A stretch of 64,000 bases of DNA. Origin: Camelus dromedarius (Eukaryota). This document shows positions 60,481-64,000 of this stretch, piece by piece. Below the pieces are notes generated by a model. It worked only from the letters and a program-made list of their open reading frames with translations, made no database searches and was not told where the DNA came from. The first letter of the stretch is position 1. Every line of letters begins with the position of its first letter. The stretch spans positions 33,232,001 through 33,296,000 of the forward strand of contig NC_087451.1 in the NCBI RefSeq assembly GCF_036321535.1, written 5' to 3'. The position numbers and the translations under genes were made by a program.

Positions 60481-62089
60481 GCATCTCTCTTAGACAGAGA
60501 GATGGAGCTACCGACAGGCAGGAGGCACAGGTGAGGCCAGGGGGTCCGGGGGCTGCCCACTGCATCAGCTCGCTCTCTCCCCCGTGTGCCTGTCCCATTC
60601 TAAGGGATGCTGGGGATGAAAGATTTGCATCAGCCCTGTTGCTCAGTCCCAGTGGCCTCTGCACCCCCTGCTGTGCCCTTCTTCCTGCTGCCACCTGGAC
60701 CACAGAAGGCAGCTGTACTCATCTAGAAATATCTTGGAAGTCCTTAAATCCATGAGCCAAATGCAAGTGCCCCTGGGGCTGGAGACAATTAGGGGTGATT
60801 ACAAAAGGGCCGCTGGCTCCTTTGCTTTCTGGAGGCAGATGTTCCTGTCCTGCGGTCTGACAGGTCCAGATGTGTTTGCTCAGGAAGCAGAGCCAGGGCC
60901 TCCCAGGATCAGGGATAAAAGAGCAGAGACCCAGCAGCTGGTGGGCCAGAGAGGCTCGTGCAGTCTGTGCTGGGTGGGGGCCTTGCTCCCATCGCGGGGA
61001 GGGCAGGCTGTCCCTACGAAGGAGGAGCTGGGGCTGCAGAGGGTGGTGGAGGCGGCAGCGCCTGTGGGCACCTGGGCCCCACAATGGGACTGGACAAATG
61101 GCCTGGCATCTGAGCCCAGGGCAGGAAGGTCCCCTCGGTCTCTAGGCTGGAGCACACTGCACTGGGGCTCACAGTAGACAGGGGTGGGGTGGGGGGACTA
61201 GGCATGAGAGCAGACATTCTCTTGTTTGTCGCTGCATTTGCCACCCTGAGCACAGTGCAAAGGATGCGTCAGCGGGGGAAGGCCAACGGATGCGCAGAGT
61301 TGACCAAACAGTGTGCCCCATCATAGCACTGGGCCAGGGGCCAGGCAGGGAGCCCCTGGGCAGAGGTGTGGGCTAGAAGTGATATTTCCCAAGTGTTCTT
61401 CCCCAGCTTTCTCCACCTCAGTAAACAGCAACTCTGCCCCCACCCCCCACCGAGTTCTTAAGCAGAAGCCCTGAGAAGCGTCCCCCACGCCCTTCTTTCT
61501 CCCCTACCCCTCATCCCGAACACTCTACTTTCAAAATGCATCTAGAGCCCGGCCACTTCCTCTGTTGTCACCAGGGTCCAAGCTGCCATCACCCCCACCC
61601 TGGTAAACAGCAGCTGCCCACGCCCATCCTCTCTCCGCCTCTGCTCTAGGCTGCCCCTTGCCCCTCTCTGCACTGGATATCCATGTGTTGCTCTGGCTCT
61701 GGTCTCTGTCTCACTCTCCCTTCCCAGTAGAATGGAGGCTCCCAAGTCCTTGGACTTTGCCTTACCTGTGTCTCAGGCCTCCCCGTGCCTTGAACAGGGC
61801 ACAGGGACAATAACTATTAGTTGAATTAATTCCAGTTGAAGACTCCAGACCTCATAGATGTCACTCTACCATGGGCTCGGATGTCCCCTTGCTCGAGGGA
61901 GCCAAAGCACTTCCTAATCTTTTCCCCTGATGTGGGGGGAGGAAAAAGCAATCTTAACAGAAGCAATGCTCAATGGGGACAAACAACACGAGGGTGGAGA
62001 CACTGTTGTTCACTATTTTGATCAAATCTCCACAGGGTCTAGTGTCTTGAAGGTGCTCTGGATGTGTTTGTGGAACTGAGTGACCAGCA

Positions 62090-62525
62090 TCTCTTCTTCA
62101 AAGCCCACACTGGCTTCTACTTCCGTGTTCTCTTAGCTCCCAGACCATCTCTTTAAGTGAATGTGTGTGACACTGACTTAGAGCATGACTCCTGGGGTCT
62201 ACCTGGTATCTCTAAGACCATGTGTCTGACACTTAGCAGCTACTCAAAATTGCCAAATGGAGGTGGGGAGGGATAAATTAGGAATCTAGGATTAGCAGAT
62301 ACAAACTGCTACATACAAAATAGGTAAACAACAAAGTCCTACTGTATAGAACAGGGAACTATAACCAATAGCTTGTAATACCCATAATAAGAAAGAATAT
62401 GAAAAATAATATACATATGTGTAACTGAATCACTGTGCTGCACACCAGAAACTAGCATCATAAATCAACCATTCTTCAATTAAAAAAATATATTGCCAAA
62501 AGATGAATGAGTGAATGAATGAATG
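62090..62525 (+). mobile_element. L2 3' end, split by a younger L1
   Basis: gtgtctgacacttagcagctactcaa before the L1 and gatgaatgagtgaatgaatgaatg tail after it. Confidence 0.6.
62258..62491 (+). mobile_element. 5'-truncated camelid/artiodactyl L1 3' end
   Basis: gggagggataaattagg...gattagcagatacaaact...aacaacaaagtcctactgtatagaacaggga; TSD attgccaaa at 62249-62257 and 62492-62500. Confidence 0.9.
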
Positions 62526-63448
62526 GGTGAAGAAGAGAAAAGCAAGATGGTGGGCCCCAGACCAGTGGAAGAGCCTGCTAGAATCAGCTGGGCACATGCT
62601 ACCACTCAAAGCTGGATAGGATTGGATGATCCCAGGGAAAGGTACATCCTCGCCCGCGTAATAGGAGAGGCAGACGCACGTAAAGAATGCGTGTGGGTAC
62701 TTCCAATAGCCTAGTCAGAACACAGGCATGACTGAGGGCAGATGCTCAGAACCAAGAGCATCCTGGGACTCCGGCAGGTGACAGGCACGCCAGAGCTGGT
62801 GGGTCCAATTCAGGCAGAGCCCTAACTCTGCTCGATTGCAATCTGTGTTTATGGGCCCATAATCAAATGGAAACCGAAAGTTTCTCAGGAGAATCATCTG
62901 TCAAAGTTGTGCAGCGTCCAGGCCCTGAGCTGGGAGACTGGGTTATAAATACCGAGCTTTCTCCAGCTCTGCTCTGTCTCTGGGGATGCATGGGTCATTT
63001 TTCAACCCAACACTAATCCAGGGAACTCGATCTTCCATCAAACACTGTGTCTAACAGGCTGGGTGTTTGGGACACTGTCCCCAGTGGATCAGAGGGAAGA
63101 CTGATCATAGGAGGTGAATCCGTGAGCCAGGCTCGCCTCTCCTATGGCAGACCAGCTCACATGGTCACCTGTCTCCTGGACGCACACAGACGTCTGCCTT
63201 CCTCCAAGGCAGATGCCTCGAAGCATCCACCAAAGGATCTGACCCAGAACCATTTCTTTAAAAATGGTTTTTCTTATAATGAAGGGTACTCTATGCAGTA
63301 AATGTGGAAAACGGAAAAACACAAGGAAAGGAAAAATTGCCCGTCAATCCATCACCTGGAGAAAACTCTATCATTTTTGGTACACAGATTTTCCAGCCTT
63401 CTTTCTCTTTCCCCACAGTATTTTTTTCTTTATTAAAATACCTAATAT

Positions 63449-63544
63449 CGGGGGGAGGGTATAGCTCAGCAGTAGAGTGCATGCTTAGCATACAAGAGGT
63501 CGGGTTCCACCCCCAGGACCCCCATCAAAAACTTTTTTTTTAAT
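63449..63544 (+). mobile_element. Vic-1-type tRNA-derived SINE
   Basis: ggggggagggtatagctcagcagtagagtgcatgcttagcat...; flanked by ctaatat at 63442-63448 and 63545-63551. Confidence 0.92.
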
Positions 63545-63564
63545 CTAATATTGTACATACTGTT

Positions 63565-63630
63565 TTCTAGCTTGTTCTAGCTTGTAACTATGTTCTAGCT
63601 TGTTTCCAGCTTGGTTCTAGCTTGTAACTA
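63565..63630. repeat. Tandem array of TTCTAGCTTG units with TAACTA spacers
   Basis: Five near-identical 10-11-bp units plus two taacta spacers. Confidence 0.85.
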
Positions 63631-64000
63631 ACGGTTACATTGTAAACTTTCACCCCATCACTGCCTCTCCTACAGCATAGCACTTAACAGCCACATTAAT
63701 TGTCTCTGTCAGTCCCTTTTATTGAACATCAGTTTGCTTCCAATTTTCCTGTAGTACAAAAAAAAAAATGCCATGAGGAACATATTGTACGCAGATCTTT
63801 GTGCAAATCTGATAATTTCCTTAAGAGAAATTTGTAGGAGTGAAATTATCCTAGATCAATTATGCTCATTTCTTAGAGTCTTTTGATATTTTCTACCTTA
63901 TCTCTCTCTTCGTGTTCCACGTCTTGAGTATGAGCCAAATATTTCTGGAATAACTTGGGCCAGTAACTGCCCTGGAGTAATCACAGAGCGAGGAAAGTGA

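Larger units (their letters stand above)
63270..63880 (-). mobile_element. L1ME/MC fragment
   Basis: AT-rich; ttgcttccaattttcct...atgccatgaggaacatattgtac...aatttccttaagagaaatttgtaggagtgaaatt. Confidence 0.6.

Overview
Mammalian genomic DNA, most likely camelid: it carries three Vic-1-type tRNA-derived SINEs and camelid/artiodactyl-type L1 3' ends. It is a draft assembly with four N gaps. I find no supportable protein-coding gene or RNA gene; the ORF track looks like GC-rich noise. Much of the window is old interspersed repeat (MIR, L2, L1MB/ME, MLT1/MLT2, ERVL LTRs, one nested ERV1 solo LTR, hAT MITEs). Between the repeats lie unique blocks dense in transcription-factor motifs, plus a small orphan CpG island with a TATA box at about 25.0-25.6 kb. 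LTR orientation is balanced (about 8 plus, 9 minus), consistent with an intergenic regulatory landscape. The most unusual observation is a pair of inverted MLT2 LTRs 37 kb apart that are about 70% identical overall (by eye) but share a 71-bp core that is 94% identical and contains the same hairpin. Repeat family names come from recalled consensus sequences, not a database search, and single-motif calls are weak without conservation data.
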